Sequence record: MT129652.1
Reading direction: 5' to 3' (one strand)
Source: Escherichia phage MN01
DNA: 64,000 nucleotides
Shown here: positions 35,428 to 44,409 of the stretch, in pieces
How positions within the stretch are numbered: the stretch's first letter is position 1
Layout: every line of letters starts with the position of its first letter
Made by a program: the position numbers and the translations under genes
The notes under the pieces: generated by a model
What the model was told of the DNA's origin: nothing
The model's database searches: none
The model's input: only the letters and a program-made list of their open reading frames with translations

Positions 35428-38142
35428 ATGCAAGAATTTTATTTAACTATCGAACAAATCGGTGACAATCTGCTCGAACGATATATTGACAAGAACGGTC
35501 ATGAACGTGTTCGTGAAATCCCTTATGCTCCATGCTTGTTTATGCACGCCCGCGAAGACCAGGCTGCAAAGTATACAGACATCTATAATAAAGGTTGTGT
35601 GAAAAAAGAATTCGATTCCATGCGTGATGCATCCCAGTGGATGAAGCGAATGAATGAAATGGGTCTCGAAGCTATGGGTATGGATGACTTTAAACTCGCA
35701 TACTTGTCCGACCGTTACCCGCACGAAATCAAATACGATTCAAGTAAAATCCGTGTGGCTAACTTCGATATCGAGGTGACATCTCCTGATGGGTTCCCTG
35801 AGCCGTCTGAAGCACGTCACCCTATTGATGCCCTGACACACTATGATTCGGTAGACGATAAATTCTATGTCTTTGACCTTTTGAGCTCACCATACGCCAC
35901 TGTGGAGCAATGGTCTATCGATATTGCTGCCAAGCTGCAAGAAGATGGCGGCGATGAAGTCCCTGAAGAAATCCTGGAAAAAATTGTTTATATGGCTTTC
36001 GATTCAGAAGAAGAAATGCTCCAGCAGTATTTGGTATTCTGGAACGAGAAAACTCCGGTTATGTTAACTGGTTGGAACATCGAGAAGTTTGATATTCCAT
36101 ATATCTACAACCGCCTTAAAAATGTATTTGGTGAAGCTACGGCAAAACGTCTGAGTCCACATCGTCGTACAAAAGTTAAGGTCATTAACAACGGTTTCGG
36201 TGAAGAACAAGAAATCATTCAGATTCTGGGTATCTCTGTTCTGGATTATCTGGACCTGTATAAAAAGTTCAGCTTCACAAACCAACCGTCTTATTCGTTG
36301 GATTATGTTGCGGAATCTGAACTGGGTGTTGGTAAACTCCCGTATGATGGTCCGATTTCTAAACTGCGTGAATCAAATCACCAGCGGTATATTTCTTATA
36401 ACATCATTGACGTTTATCGTGTTGTGCAGATTGACCGTAAGCGGCAGTTTATTAACCTGAGTCAGTCAATGGGTTATTACGCAAAAATGCAGATTCAGTC
36501 TGTATTCAGCCCAATCAAAACTTGGGATGCGATTATCTTTAACAGCCTGAAGACTCAAAACAAAGTCATTCCGGAAACCAAATCGCATGTTCGTCAATCG
36601 TTCCCTGGTGCATTTGTTAAGGAACCGATTCCGAACGCATACAAATATGTAATGAGCTGTGACTTAACATCTCTGTATCCGAGCATCATCCGACAGATTA
36701 ACATCAGTCCAGAAACGATTGCCGGGTCATTTACACCAGCGCCGATGTATGAATACATTGCAGGAACTGCTGACCGCCCATCTGATACATTTAGTTGTGC
36801 TCCAAACGGTATGATGTATTTTAAAGATGTTGCGGGTATTATTCCGACAGAAGTCACCAAGGTGTTTAATCAGCGTAAAGAGCACAAAGGTTATATGCTT
36901 GCGGCTCAACGTAATGGTGAACTGATTAAGGAAGCCCTGCGTAATCCAGGAACTGGTACAACCGAGCCTGAAGTTGATTATCGTTATGACTTCGATGACA
37001 ATATGAAAACAACCTTGCACGGTCTGAATCAAACAGTTCTGAATGGTATGTTGTACAAAGCGCAGATGGAAGAAGTTGCAGGCATGACCGCACAGATTAA
37101 CCGTAAACTGCTTATCAACAGTTGTTATGGCGCTCTGGGTAATATCTGGTTCCGTTACTTTGACCTGCGAAATGCAACCGCGATTACATCTTTCGGACAA
37201 CTTGCATTGCAGTGGATTGAGCGTAAAGTTAACGAATATTTTGATAGTGTTTGCGGTACAAGTGGTGAAACATATGTATTCTATGGTGATACTGACTCCA
37301 TTTATATCCAGTGCGATAACCTGATTAAAAAGGTTGGTGGTGAATCTAAATTCCGCGATACAAACCACCTGGTTGACTTCATGGACAAGTTTGCGAAAGA
37401 CCGTTTGGAACCGGCAATCGATAAAGCTTTCCGTGAGCTGGCTGAATACATGAACAACAAACAGCACCTTATGTTTATGGACCGTGAAGCGATTGCATGT
37501 CCTCCGCTTGGTTCTAAAGGTGTTGGTGGATTCTGGACAGCGAAGAAGCGTTATGCTCTGAACGTGTACGATATGGAAGGCACACGATATGCTGTTCCGA
37601 AACTGAAAATCATGGGTCTGGAAACTCAAAAGTCGAGCACACCAAAAGCATGTCAGAAAGCTCTGAAAGAATGTATCCGCCGTATGTTGCAAGAAGGTGA
37701 AGAATCTCTGCAGACATACTTCAAGGAATTCAATAAGGAATTTAATGAGCTTAACTACATGACCATTGCAGGTGTATCATCGGTTAACAACATCCAGAAA
37801 TATAATGAAGGTGGTTTCCCTGGATTTAAGTGTCCGGCTCATATCAAAGGCGTGCTCGCTTACATGCGTGCAACCAAAGGGTTGAAGACTGTTCCACAAA
37901 TCATGGAAGGGGAAAAGGTGTATGTGCTTCCTCTTAAAGTTGGTAACCCGTTTGGCGAAACCGTGATTGCATGGCCATCAGGGATTGAACTCCCGATTGA
38001 AATTCGTGACCAAGTCTTGCAATGGATGGACTACAACACACTGTTCCAGAAGACTTTTGTTAAGCCATTGACAGGGTTCTCTGAAGCAGCTAAGGTTGAT
38101 TACGAGAAAAAAGCATCTCTTTTTGATATGTTTGACTTTTAA
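35428..38142 (+). CDS. 43: DNA polymerase gp43 (family B)
   Basis: 904 aa; FDIE exo motif, DLTSLYPS, KLLINSCYG, YGDTDS; collinear with T4 gp43. Confidence 0.98.
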   Translation: MQEFYLTIEQIGDNLLERYIDKNGHERVREIPYAPCLFMHAREDQAAKYTDIYNKGCVKKEFDSMRDASQWMKRMNEMGLEAMGMDDFKLAYLSDRYPHEIKYDSSKIRVANFDIEVTSPDGFPEPSEARHPIDALTHYDSVDDKFYVFDLLSSPYATVEQWSIDIAAKLQEDGGDEVPEEILEKIVYMAFDSEEEMLQQYLVFWNEKTPVMLTGWNIEKFDIPYIYNRLKNVFGEATAKRLSPHRRTKVKVINNGFGEEQEIIQILGISVLDYLDLYKKFSFTNQPSYSLDYVAESELGVGKLPYDGPISKLRESNHQRYISYNIIDVYRVVQIDRKRQFINLSQSMGYYAKMQIQSVFSPIKTWDAIIFNSLKTQNKVIPETKSHVRQSFPGAFVKEPIPNAYKYVMSCDLTSLYPSIIRQINISPETIAGSFTPAPMYEYIAGTADRPSDTFSCAPNGMMYFKDVAGIIPTEVTKVFNQRKEHKGYMLAAQRNGELIKEALRNPGTGTTEPEVDYRYDFDDNMKTTLHGLNQTVLNGMLYKAQMEEVAGMTAQINRKLLINSCYGALGNIWFRYFDLRNATAITSFGQLALQWIERKVNEYFDSVCGTSGETYVFYGDTDSIYIQCDNLIKKVGGESKFRDTNHLVDFMDKFAKDRLEPAIDKAFRELAEYMNNKQHLMFMDREAIACPPLGSKGVGGFWTAKKRYALNVYDMEGTRYAVPKLKIMGLETQKSSTPKACQKALKECIRRMLQEGEESLQTYFKEFNKEFNELNYMTIAGVSSVNNIQKYNEGGFPGFKCPAHIKGVLAYMRATKGLKTVPQIMEGEKVYVLPLKVGNPFGETVIAWPSGIELPIEIRDQVLQWMDYNTLFQKTFVKPLTGFSEAAKVDYEKKASLFDMFDF

Positions 38143-38144
38143 GT

Positions 38145-38174
38145 GTTTACAACGGCAAAGGACTGCCGTATGAT
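38145..38174 (+). promoter_or_regulatory. early promoter GTTTAC-N18-TATGAT
   Basis: Followed by leader CTCCATCAACTGATGA. Confidence 0.5.
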
Positions 38175-38211
38175 TACTCCATCAACTGATGATTAAATTA
38201 AGGATATTAAA

Positions 38212-38454
38212 ATGGAAACATTAATTGCAGGTACTGTTGTTCTTGGCGCTGGTTCTTTCTTCCTGGCTGCACTGGCATATTTTCTGCCGTGGATTATCGC
38301 ACTACTGCGAGGAACCAAAAGTAATTGCGGAATCTTCTTTGTTAACCTCCTGTTAGGTTGGACAATGGTCGGATGGTTTATTGCATTTATCTGGGCACTC
38401 GTTGCTGAGCGTAAATCAAACGCACAAGTAATTATCATCAAGGAAACCAAATGA
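38212..38454 (+). CDS. imm: superinfection immunity protein (Imm family)
   Basis: YFLPWIIALLRG..NLLLGWTMVGWFIAFIWA signature; two TM; T4 imm position after 43. Confidence 0.7.
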   Translation: METLIAGTVVLGAGSFFLAALAYFLPWIIALLRGTKSNCGIFFVNLLLGWTMVGWFIAFIWALVAERKSNAQVIIIKETK

Positions 38455-38594
38455 AGATAATTACAATTATTGTACTGACTGCATTTTTTAGTATGTCAAT
38501 CTATTGGGCAATAATGACTCCGCATATGATTCCAACTTTAATTTTGGGTTGGGTATTTTTGGGACTCCAAGCTCGCTATGAATGTTTTAATTGA
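38451..38594 (+). CDS. 47-aa 2-TM micro-protein
   Basis: ATGA overlap with imm. Confidence 0.4.
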   Translation: MKIITIIVLTAFFSMSIYWAIMTPHMIPTLILGWVFLGLQARYECFN

Positions 38595-38604
38595 GGAAAA
38601 TACA

Positions 38605-39108
38605 ATGAAAAAGTTAGCTATCGCAGCTGTTATGCTGCTATCTGGTTGTGCTTACCAGGGTGATGTTGTTAATGCCAACGAGATTGGTAAAGCGCGAATT
38701 GCTGCAGACCGTCAGGTGCATAATGGTTCCTTTGATTTCAAAGGTGGTACTGGACTTATCTACAAACGCGACAACAATCAATGTGGAAATAACTGCGCGA
38801 AATATGCTCAACGTGAAGTTGAATATCAGCGTGAACAAGCCGCGAAGCATGATGAAGTAATCGCTAAATTGGAAGCAGAAACCAAGCGACAAAATGACCT
38901 GGATACTGTTAACCAGATTTCACAGGTCTGCATGTCATATATCAATATGCAGATAAACATCATGCGTGCAGAAGCTTATCAGGCAGCGGAGACGGGTTCT
39001 CCAAAAGCCAATGAGTATCGCGATATGTATCAGCGTTCTGCTCAAAACCGTCTGAGCTATATTAATAAATGTGTAGCTAAAGAGAAAGCACGCCAAGGTA
39101 TTAACTGA
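38605..39108 (+). CDS. lipoprotein (167 aa)
   Basis: ATG 38605 behind SD GAGGA; lipobox LLSGC. Confidence 0.65.
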   Translation: MKKLAIAAVMLLSGCAYQGDVVNANEIGKARIAADRQVHNGSFDFKGGTGLIYKRDNNQCGNNCAKYAQREVEYQREQAAKHDEVIAKLEAETKRQNDLDTVNQISQVCMSYINMQINIMRAEAYQAAETGSPKANEYRDMYQRSAQNRLSYINKCVAKEKARQGIN

Positions 39109-39215
39109 TGCTATTATTACTTCTGATTGTTGGAACAGTAATTGGTTTGCTGCTATTAGAAAAGCGTAATAAGCATTTGGCTGAAGAAAACTGGAAACGT
39201 GGAAACGTTTACTAA
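39108..39215 (+). CDS. 35-aa single-TM micro-protein
   Basis: TGATG coupling; MLLLLLIVGTVIGLLLL. Confidence 0.4.
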   Translation: MLLLLLIVGTVIGLLLLEKRNKHLAEENWKRGNVY

Positions 39216-39242
39216 ATTACTCTGAACTGCGAGAAAAATATT

Positions 39243-39371
39243 ATGATTGGTACGCTATTGATTAGTCTGTGGCTGTTGTCTGCATTTGGTATTGGTTTTA
39301 TGTACTGGTGGGACAAACGTCAGACCCGGAAGATTGTTGAACGTGCAATTAATCGTGGATTCAATCGTTAA
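39243..39371 (+). CDS. 42-aa single-TM micro-protein
   Basis: MIGTLLISLWLLSAFGIGFMYWW then a basic tail. Confidence 0.4.
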   Translation: MIGTLLISLWLLSAFGIGFMYWWDKRQTRKIVERAINRGFNR

Positions 39372-39372
39372 T

Positions 39373-39397
39373 TGCTCTAAAAATACAGTGATATAAT
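39373..39397 (+). promoter_or_regulatory. MotA-box middle promoter TGCTCTA-N12-TATAAT (uvsX)
   Basis: Read directly. Confidence 0.55.
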
Positions 39398-39450
39398 TAT
39401 CCTATCTTAAACCTGTGAGAAAAATATAATGGTGCCTATGGAAAAAATGA

Positions 39451-40629
39451 ATGTCTATTGCAGATTTGAAATCCCGTTTGATTAAAGCTTCTACATCTAA
39501 AATGACTGCGACTCTTACCAAGTCCAAGTTTTTTAATGATAAAGATGTAGTTCGTACAAAAATCCCGATGCTGAACATTGCAATCAGCGGTGCACTAGAT
39601 GGTGGTATGCAGTCAGGTTTGACTATTTTTGCTGGTCCGTCAAAACACTTTAAATCCAATATGGGTTTAACGATGGTCTCTGCATATATGAACAAATACC
39701 CCGATGCAATCTGTTTGTTCTATGATTCAGAATTTGGTATCACAGAAGCATATCTTCGTGCAATGAAAGTAGACCCGGAACGTGTTATCCATACACCAAT
39801 CCAGTCGGTTGAACAATTGAAAGTTGATATGGTTAACCAGCTTGAAGCAATTGAGCGTGGTGAAAAAGTCATTATCTTTATTGACTCAATCGGTAACATG
39901 GCGTCGAAAAAAGAAACAGAAGATGCGATGAACGAAAAAGTCGTTGGCGATATGACTCGTGCTAAATCCCTGAAATCTCTGTTCCGTATTGTTACCCCAT
40001 ATTTTAGTATCAAGGATATTCCTTGTGTCGCGGTTAACCATACAATCGAGACGATTGAGATGTACAGCAAAACCGTTATGACCGGTGGTACAGGTGTTAT
40101 GTATTCTGCGGACACAGTATTCATTATCGGCAAACGCCAGATTAAAGAAACTGGTAAAGAACTTGAAGGTTTCCAATTTGTTCTGAACGCCGAAAAATCT
40201 CGTATGGTCAAAGAGAAAAGTAAATTCTTCATTGATGTAAAATTCGATGGTGGTATTGACCCGTATTCTGGTCTGCTTGATATGGCAATGGAAATCGGAT
40301 TTGTGGTGAAACCGAAAGTTGGTTGGTATAACCGTGAATATCTTGATGTTGAGACCGGTGAAATGGTCCGCGAAGAAAAATCATGGCGTGCAAAAGATAC
40401 TAACTGCACCGAATTCTGGGGTCCGTTGTTCAAGCACGAACCTTTCCGCGATGCAATCAAACGCCATTACCAACTGGGTGCAATCGATAGCAATGCTGTT
40501 GTTGATGCCGAAGTTGATGCGCTTATTGCCTCCAAGGTTGAAAAATACTCTGCTCCTGAAGGTAAGACAAAACCGTCTGCTGCAGATATCGAAAACGATT
40601 TAGATATGATGGAAGACCTTGATGAATGA
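39451..40629 (+). CDS. uvsX: RecA-like recombinase UvsX
   Basis: MSIADLKSRLIKASTSK..GPSKHFKSN..collinear with T4 UvsX; 392 aa. Confidence 0.97.
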   Translation: MSIADLKSRLIKASTSKMTATLTKSKFFNDKDVVRTKIPMLNIAISGALDGGMQSGLTIFAGPSKHFKSNMGLTMVSAYMNKYPDAICLFYDSEFGITEAYLRAMKVDPERVIHTPIQSVEQLKVDMVNQLEAIERGEKVIIFIDSIGNMASKKETEDAMNEKVVGDMTRAKSLKSLFRIVTPYFSIKDIPCVAVNHTIETIEMYSKTVMTGGTGVMYSADTVFIIGKRQIKETGKELEGFQFVLNAEKSRMVKEKSKFFIDVKFDGGIDPYSGLLDMAMEIGFVVKPKVGWYNREYLDVETGEMVREEKSWRAKDTNCTEFWGPLFKHEPFRDAIKRHYQLGAIDSNAVVDAEVDALIASKVEKYSAPEGKTKPSAADIENDLDMMEDLDE

Positions 40630-40963
40630 TATCGATTTATCTGATTTAGATAATTTCGAGAAAGATGCGGAGGGAGCTAAGGCTCCTTCTGTACCTTACT
40701 ACGAAAAAAGTTTGGAGATTATCCGGCAATCCATGGGAACTGTACGACAGGAAATTCTGTTATCACTCCCTGATGGGTCCAGTCACATCGTGTACGTAAC
40801 CGGAATTAAAATTGAACCATCTGGAAAAGTTTCAGTTGATTTCGGCACCCCTTCTGAAGACCGCAAAGCGGAGCTTGCAGTGCATGTAGAAAAGTGTGTT
40901 ACAATGCAAATACAAGATGAAATTGATAAGATTAAAATGAAAAAGAGGTGGTGGAAGTGGTAG
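40622..40963 (+). CDS. 40: gp40 (head vertex assembly chaperone, positional)
   Basis: 113 aa between uvsX and 41; ATG 40622 overlaps the uvsX stop. Confidence 0.6.
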   Translation: MNDIDLSDLDNFEKDAEGAKAPSVPYYEKSLEIIRQSMGTVRQEILLSLPDGSSHIVYVTGIKIEPSGKVSVDFGTPSEDRKAELAVHVEKCVTMQIQDEIDKIKMKKRWWKW

Positions 40964-42387
40964 AAACTATTTTATCCCAGCTACTCTTTAACAAGGAATA
41001 TTTTGTTAAAGTCTGGCCATATCTGAATAACACATATTTTGAAAAGGGTCCAGCGAAGACCCTTTTCAATACGATTAACGAACACGTAAAAGAATATCAA
41101 GCGGTACCAACTAAGACTGCACTTGATATCGCGCTCGACAGCTCTGACCTTTCTGAAGTCGAATATGAAGGCACAAAGAAACTCTTAGGAGTCCTGGCCG
41201 ATACTCCAGAAGACCAGGAATGGTTGGTTAAAGAAACCGAGAAGTATGTACAGAAGTCTGCGATGTTCAATGCCACATCCAGGATTATCGAAATTCAGAG
41301 CAATGCCGAACTTCCGAAAGATAAACGTGATAAACGAATCCCGGATATTGGTGCTATCCCTGATATCATGCGGGATGCATTATCTATCTGTTTTGACTCT
41401 GCCCTGGGCCATGACTGGTTAAACGATTACGAAGCTCGATTCCAGACTTATCTGAACAAATCGAAAAAGGTTCCGTTTCGCATTAACATCCTGAATAAAA
41501 TCACGAAGGGTGGAGTTGAGTATGGTACAGAGAACGTTTTACTGGCCGGGACAAACGTCGGGAAATCTCTAGGACTTTGTTCATTAGCCGCTGACTATCT
41601 TCAGACTGGTCATAATGTGCTTTATATAAGCATGGAAATGGCTGAAGAAGTATGTGCCAAACGTATTGATGCCAACTTGCTGGATGTGTCTCTGGATGAT
41701 ATTGATGAAGGTCATATATCATGGGCGGAATATAAAGCTAAGATGGAAAAATGGCGTGCTTCCGGGACTCTTGGGACTCTGAAGATAAAACAATATCCAA
41801 CTGGTGGTGCTCATGCGGATACCTTCCGCGCATTGCTGAATGAATACAAACTGAAGCAGGGGTTTGTACCGGATGTGATTATTGTTGACTACCTGGCAAT
41901 CTGCGCAAGCTCAAGACTGAAAACGTTTACCGAAAATAGTTACGGTCTGATTAAGATGGTTGCAGAAGAACTTCGTGGTCTGGCAGTCGAGAAAAATGTG
42001 GTTCTATGGACCGCGGCGCAGACAACCAGGGGCGCGAACGTTGCAGCTGAGATTGATATGGCTGATATCGCAGAATCCTTTGGTATTGCTCACACGGCTG
42101 ACTTTATGTTGGGTGTTGTTGAGACCGAAGAATTCGCTCAAATGGGGCTGCAGTTAATCAAACAGCTTAAGTCTCGTTATGGCGATAAGAACTACTATAA
42201 TAAATTCAAGATGGGCGTTAAGAAAGGCAATCAGCGCTGGTATGAGGTTGATGATGATTCGGCTCCTAAACAAGGCCCTACGGTTAAAGAAGCCACCGGT
42301 GAGATGAATCGCCAGGCTGAAATGAATAGACAAACCAGGGTCAACAGGAGCGACCTGGACGACCTCGCTGCTCAAATGAAATTTTAA
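40957..42387 (+). CDS. 41: replicative DNA helicase gp41
   Basis: GTG 40957 gives MVETILSQLLFNKEYF aligned to T4 MVEIILSHLIF; GTNVGKS Walker A; 476 aa. Confidence 0.96.
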   Translation: MVETILSQLLFNKEYFVKVWPYLNNTYFEKGPAKTLFNTINEHVKEYQAVPTKTALDIALDSSDLSEVEYEGTKKLLGVLADTPEDQEWLVKETEKYVQKSAMFNATSRIIEIQSNAELPKDKRDKRIPDIGAIPDIMRDALSICFDSALGHDWLNDYEARFQTYLNKSKKVPFRINILNKITKGGVEYGTENVLLAGTNVGKSLGLCSLAADYLQTGHNVLYISMEMAEEVCAKRIDANLLDVSLDDIDEGHISWAEYKAKMEKWRASGTLGTLKIKQYPTGGAHADTFRALLNEYKLKQGFVPDVIIVDYLAICASSRLKTFTENSYGLIKMVAEELRGLAVEKNVVLWTAAQTTRGANVAAEIDMADIAESFGIAHTADFMLGVVETEEFAQMGLQLIKQLKSRYGDKNYYNKFKMGVKKGNQRWYEVDDDSAPKQGPTVKEATGEMNRQAEMNRQTRVNRSDLDDLAAQMKF

Positions 42388-42400
42388 AATATTTTTAAAA

Positions 42401-42435
42401 AAGGGGTGTACAAGCCCCTTGTCTTAGGACATAAT
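42401..42435 (+). promoter_or_regulatory. hairpin-promoter cassette: TGTACA in the loop of AAGGGG/CCCCTT; -10 CATAAT
   Basis: TGTACA 42407-42412, CATAAT 42430-42435; leader GTACTGAGTTACAC. Confidence 0.55.
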
Positions 42436-42485
42436 GATTCCGTACTGAGTTACACAATAAACCAACTGTTAAAAAGGAAAACCAT

Positions 42486-42788
42486 ATGTTTAATCAAACC
42501 GATATGAACCGTTACTATTTTGGTCAGTTCGCTCGCCGTGATGAAAACTGTGCTGCTCTTATCGCATCAGGCATTCAAACTGGTAAATTAATAAAGCTCA
42601 AAAGCGATGTTCAACCTTCATCTGTTCGCAGCTCTCTTCGTGAGTATCTGCTTGCAGGCGGTGAAGTATATGTTATCGCTGAACCTTTTGTTAACGTGTG
42701 TGATGATTACACAATTAGTGTGACTGTTATGCACCCAACTACTGGGAAAATTCGTTGTCTGACTATGCACAACTATGAGTTGGCGTAA
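42486..42788 (+). CDS. hypothetical protein (100 aa)
   Basis: SD AAGGAAA. Confidence 0.55.
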   Translation: MFNQTDMNRYYFGQFARRDENCAALIASGIQTGKLIKLKSDVQPSSVRSSLREYLLAGGEVYVIAEPFVNVCDDYTISVTVMHPTTGKIRCLTMHNYELA

Positions 42789-42795
42789 GTGAACA

Positions 42796-42830
42796 AAGGG
42801 GCTTACAGCCCCTTTTTCTTATGTTATAAT
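42796..42830 (+). promoter_or_regulatory. terminator-promoter fusion: AAGGGGC-TTACA-GCCCCTT plus T-run, loop gives -35 CTTACA, -10 TATAAT
   Basis: Stem 42796-42802/42808-42814; TATAAT 42825-42830. Confidence 0.6.
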
Positions 42831-42856
42831 GACTCTATCAACTACTGGAGAATAAA

Positions 42857-43174
42857 ATGAAAACCATTGATTGCAAGGCAGAATACAAAGTTTATTATCA
42901 TGGGTCAAGCTCTAATGCTGGAATCCAAAATATGCTTTGTCCTCCTGATGCAACTGGTGTTCTGTCAGAAGTTGGACGTAAGAAAAATTTAGGGCGTGTG
43001 TTTTTTACTGAAGATATTGGTTTGGCGCGTATCTATGCAGGAAGAGCAGCTCGCTCATATGGAGGAGAACCCCGTCTTTATCGTGTGATTGCACCGGTTG
43101 ACGTGGTTTGTTTAAATGATACTAAAGGCGCAACAGTTTATCACGCTGCCTGGGCCTTTTGTGAGGAAATCTAA
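42857..43174 (+). CDS. candidate minimal ADP-ribosyltransferase-fold protein (PARP/Arr-like H-[YF]-[ED])
   Basis: YYHGSS, GRVFFTED, EPRLYRVIAP resemble HG[ST] / G[IV]YF[ST] / acidic-strand motifs; 105 aa; not verified. Confidence 0.55.
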   Translation: MKTIDCKAEYKVYYHGSSSNAGIQNMLCPPDATGVLSEVGRKKNLGRVFFTEDIGLARIYAGRAARSYGGEPRLYRVIAPVDVVCLNDTKGATVYHAAWAFCEEI

Positions 43175-43378
43175 ATGTATAAATTAGAGAACGTAGTGTT
43201 TATTGGTTGGTTTGAAAATGGTAATATGTTTACCAAAGAAACCGCCCTGGATGTCAGTGACAAAAATATGATTGAATGGGTTACAGTGCAGTATGCAGAA
43301 GTGAATAATGCGCTGGTTAAAGCCTTTGTTAATGACAATAAAGTTTTTGAATATGATGCCCGCATTGAGGAAATTTAA
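43175..43378 (+). CDS. dmd: Dmd antitoxin (inhibitor of RnlA/LsoA)
   Basis: VVFIGWFENGNMFTKE...QYAEVNNALVKAFVNDNKV matches T4 Dmd. Confidence 0.8.
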   Translation: MYKLENVVFIGWFENGNMFTKETALDVSDKNMIEWVTVQYAEVNNALVKAFVNDNKVFEYDARIEEI

Positions 43379-43618
43379 ATGAATATCGCATTAATGAAAC
43401 CTACCCCTAGTTCTTTTTGGAATAAATCTTTTGGTAAGCATAATATGTTTATCCAACGCACCGTAAGCAGCTGGGAACTAGTTCTTTCAGTCGGCCACAA
43501 TGATTATGAACAAGAATACGTAGAGTTCTTCGATTTTCCTGTGAAACCTACCAAGCGTCAGATTCGTCAGACAAAACGCAAATTCCGCAAAATTTATCTG
43601 GAAGATGCATTAAAATAG
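43379..43618 (+). CDS. hypothetical basic protein (61.4 slot)
   Basis: 79 aa between dmd and sp. Confidence 0.5.
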   Translation: MNIALMKPTPSSFWNKSFGKHNMFIQRTVSSWELVLSVGHNDYEQEYVEFFDFPVKPTKRQIRQTKRKFRKIYLEDALK

Positions 43619-43647
43619 TGTACAACAAAGGGATAATGCTGTATATT
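43619..43647 (+). promoter_or_regulatory. early promoter TGTACA-N17-TATATT
   Basis: Followed by leader CCCTATCAACTACTGAGGAG. Confidence 0.55.
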
Positions 43648-43675
43648 ATCCCTATCAACTACTGAGGAGATTGAA

Positions 43676-43969
43676 ATGAAAAAGTTATTAATCGCGGCAA
43701 TTCTTACCGTAGCATCATGTGGTACAGCTCCAGTTACTGCTGGACTTGATAAAGACCTTTGTGAGTGGTCTATGACTGCCGACCAGACTGATGTTGAACA
43801 TCAGATTTATGCTGATATCATGAACATAACTAAACGTGACCGCCCTGATATGGTTAAAGAAGTATCTGACCAATTGACTTCTGGTGACGTTATGCAGTAT
43901 AACTATGTTCTGTATTGCGATGCTTCATTTGACAATAGCAAAATTGTTCAATGGGTTACAGGTGAATAA
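43676..43969 (+). CDS. sp: Spackle (periplasmic lysozyme inhibitor, superinfection exclusion)
   Basis: 97 aa; signal peptide ending VASC; DKDLCEWSMTADQT..VMQYNYVLYCD as I recall for T4 Sp. Confidence 0.7.
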   Translation: MKKLLIAAILTVASCGTAPVTAGLDKDLCEWSMTADQTDVEHQIYADIMNITKRDRPDMVKEVSDQLTSGDVMQYNYVLYCDASFDNSKIVQWVTGE

Positions 43970-43970
43970 A

Positions 43971-44408
43971 ATGATTAACAGAAATTTAGTTATCAAAAAA
44001 CTTCGCTGTAAAAATCCAAATGCACAGGCATACCGGGTGTTTTGGAGCGATGAAATTCAATACCTGGGTTATTTTCTTGTTGATAGTGATGACAGAATTA
44101 CGTTTGCTCATAAGCTTCTTAACAAAGAATTAAACCATTGGCAAGAACTTATTGCAGTCAAGTCTAAATTATTTTCGCGCAATACAATGCACCAATTGGT
44201 TTATTTTTTCGCTGATGGTATTCCTGACAAGGTTGAATTTGATGGGTTTGAATTTAAAGACATCAACCCTGACAATGAATTGAATGACAGTATTGTTAAT
44301 ATGGGTATCCCAGGTAAGTACATTAAAAACAGTCTTTTGAAACTTCTGGAAACCCCTGTATATTCAGTAGACGACCAAATTTTTAATGCCTTTATGAAGC
44401 GAGATTAA
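43971..44408 (+). CDS. hypothetical protein (145 aa) with DDQIFNAFMKR tail
   Basis: ATG 43971 after the sp stop; ends VDDQIFNAFMKRD. Confidence 0.55.
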   Translation: MINRNLVIKKLRCKNPNAQAYRVFWSDEIQYLGYFLVDSDDRITFAHKLLNKELNHWQELIAVKSKLFSRNTMHQLVYFFADGIPDKVEFDGFEFKDINPDNELNDSIVNMGIPGKYIKNSLLKLLETPVYSVDDQIFNAFMKRD

Positions 44409-44409
44409 T

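Noticed and set aside
36727-37692. 321-aa minus-strand ORF inside gene 43
   Set aside because: It is antisense to a strongly conserved polymerase frame. It has no SD, and its composition is low-complexity and Cys/Phe-rich, typical of antisense frames.
39720-40460. 246-aa minus-strand ORF inside uvsX
   Set aside because: It is antisense to a conserved RecA-like gene and has no independent signals.
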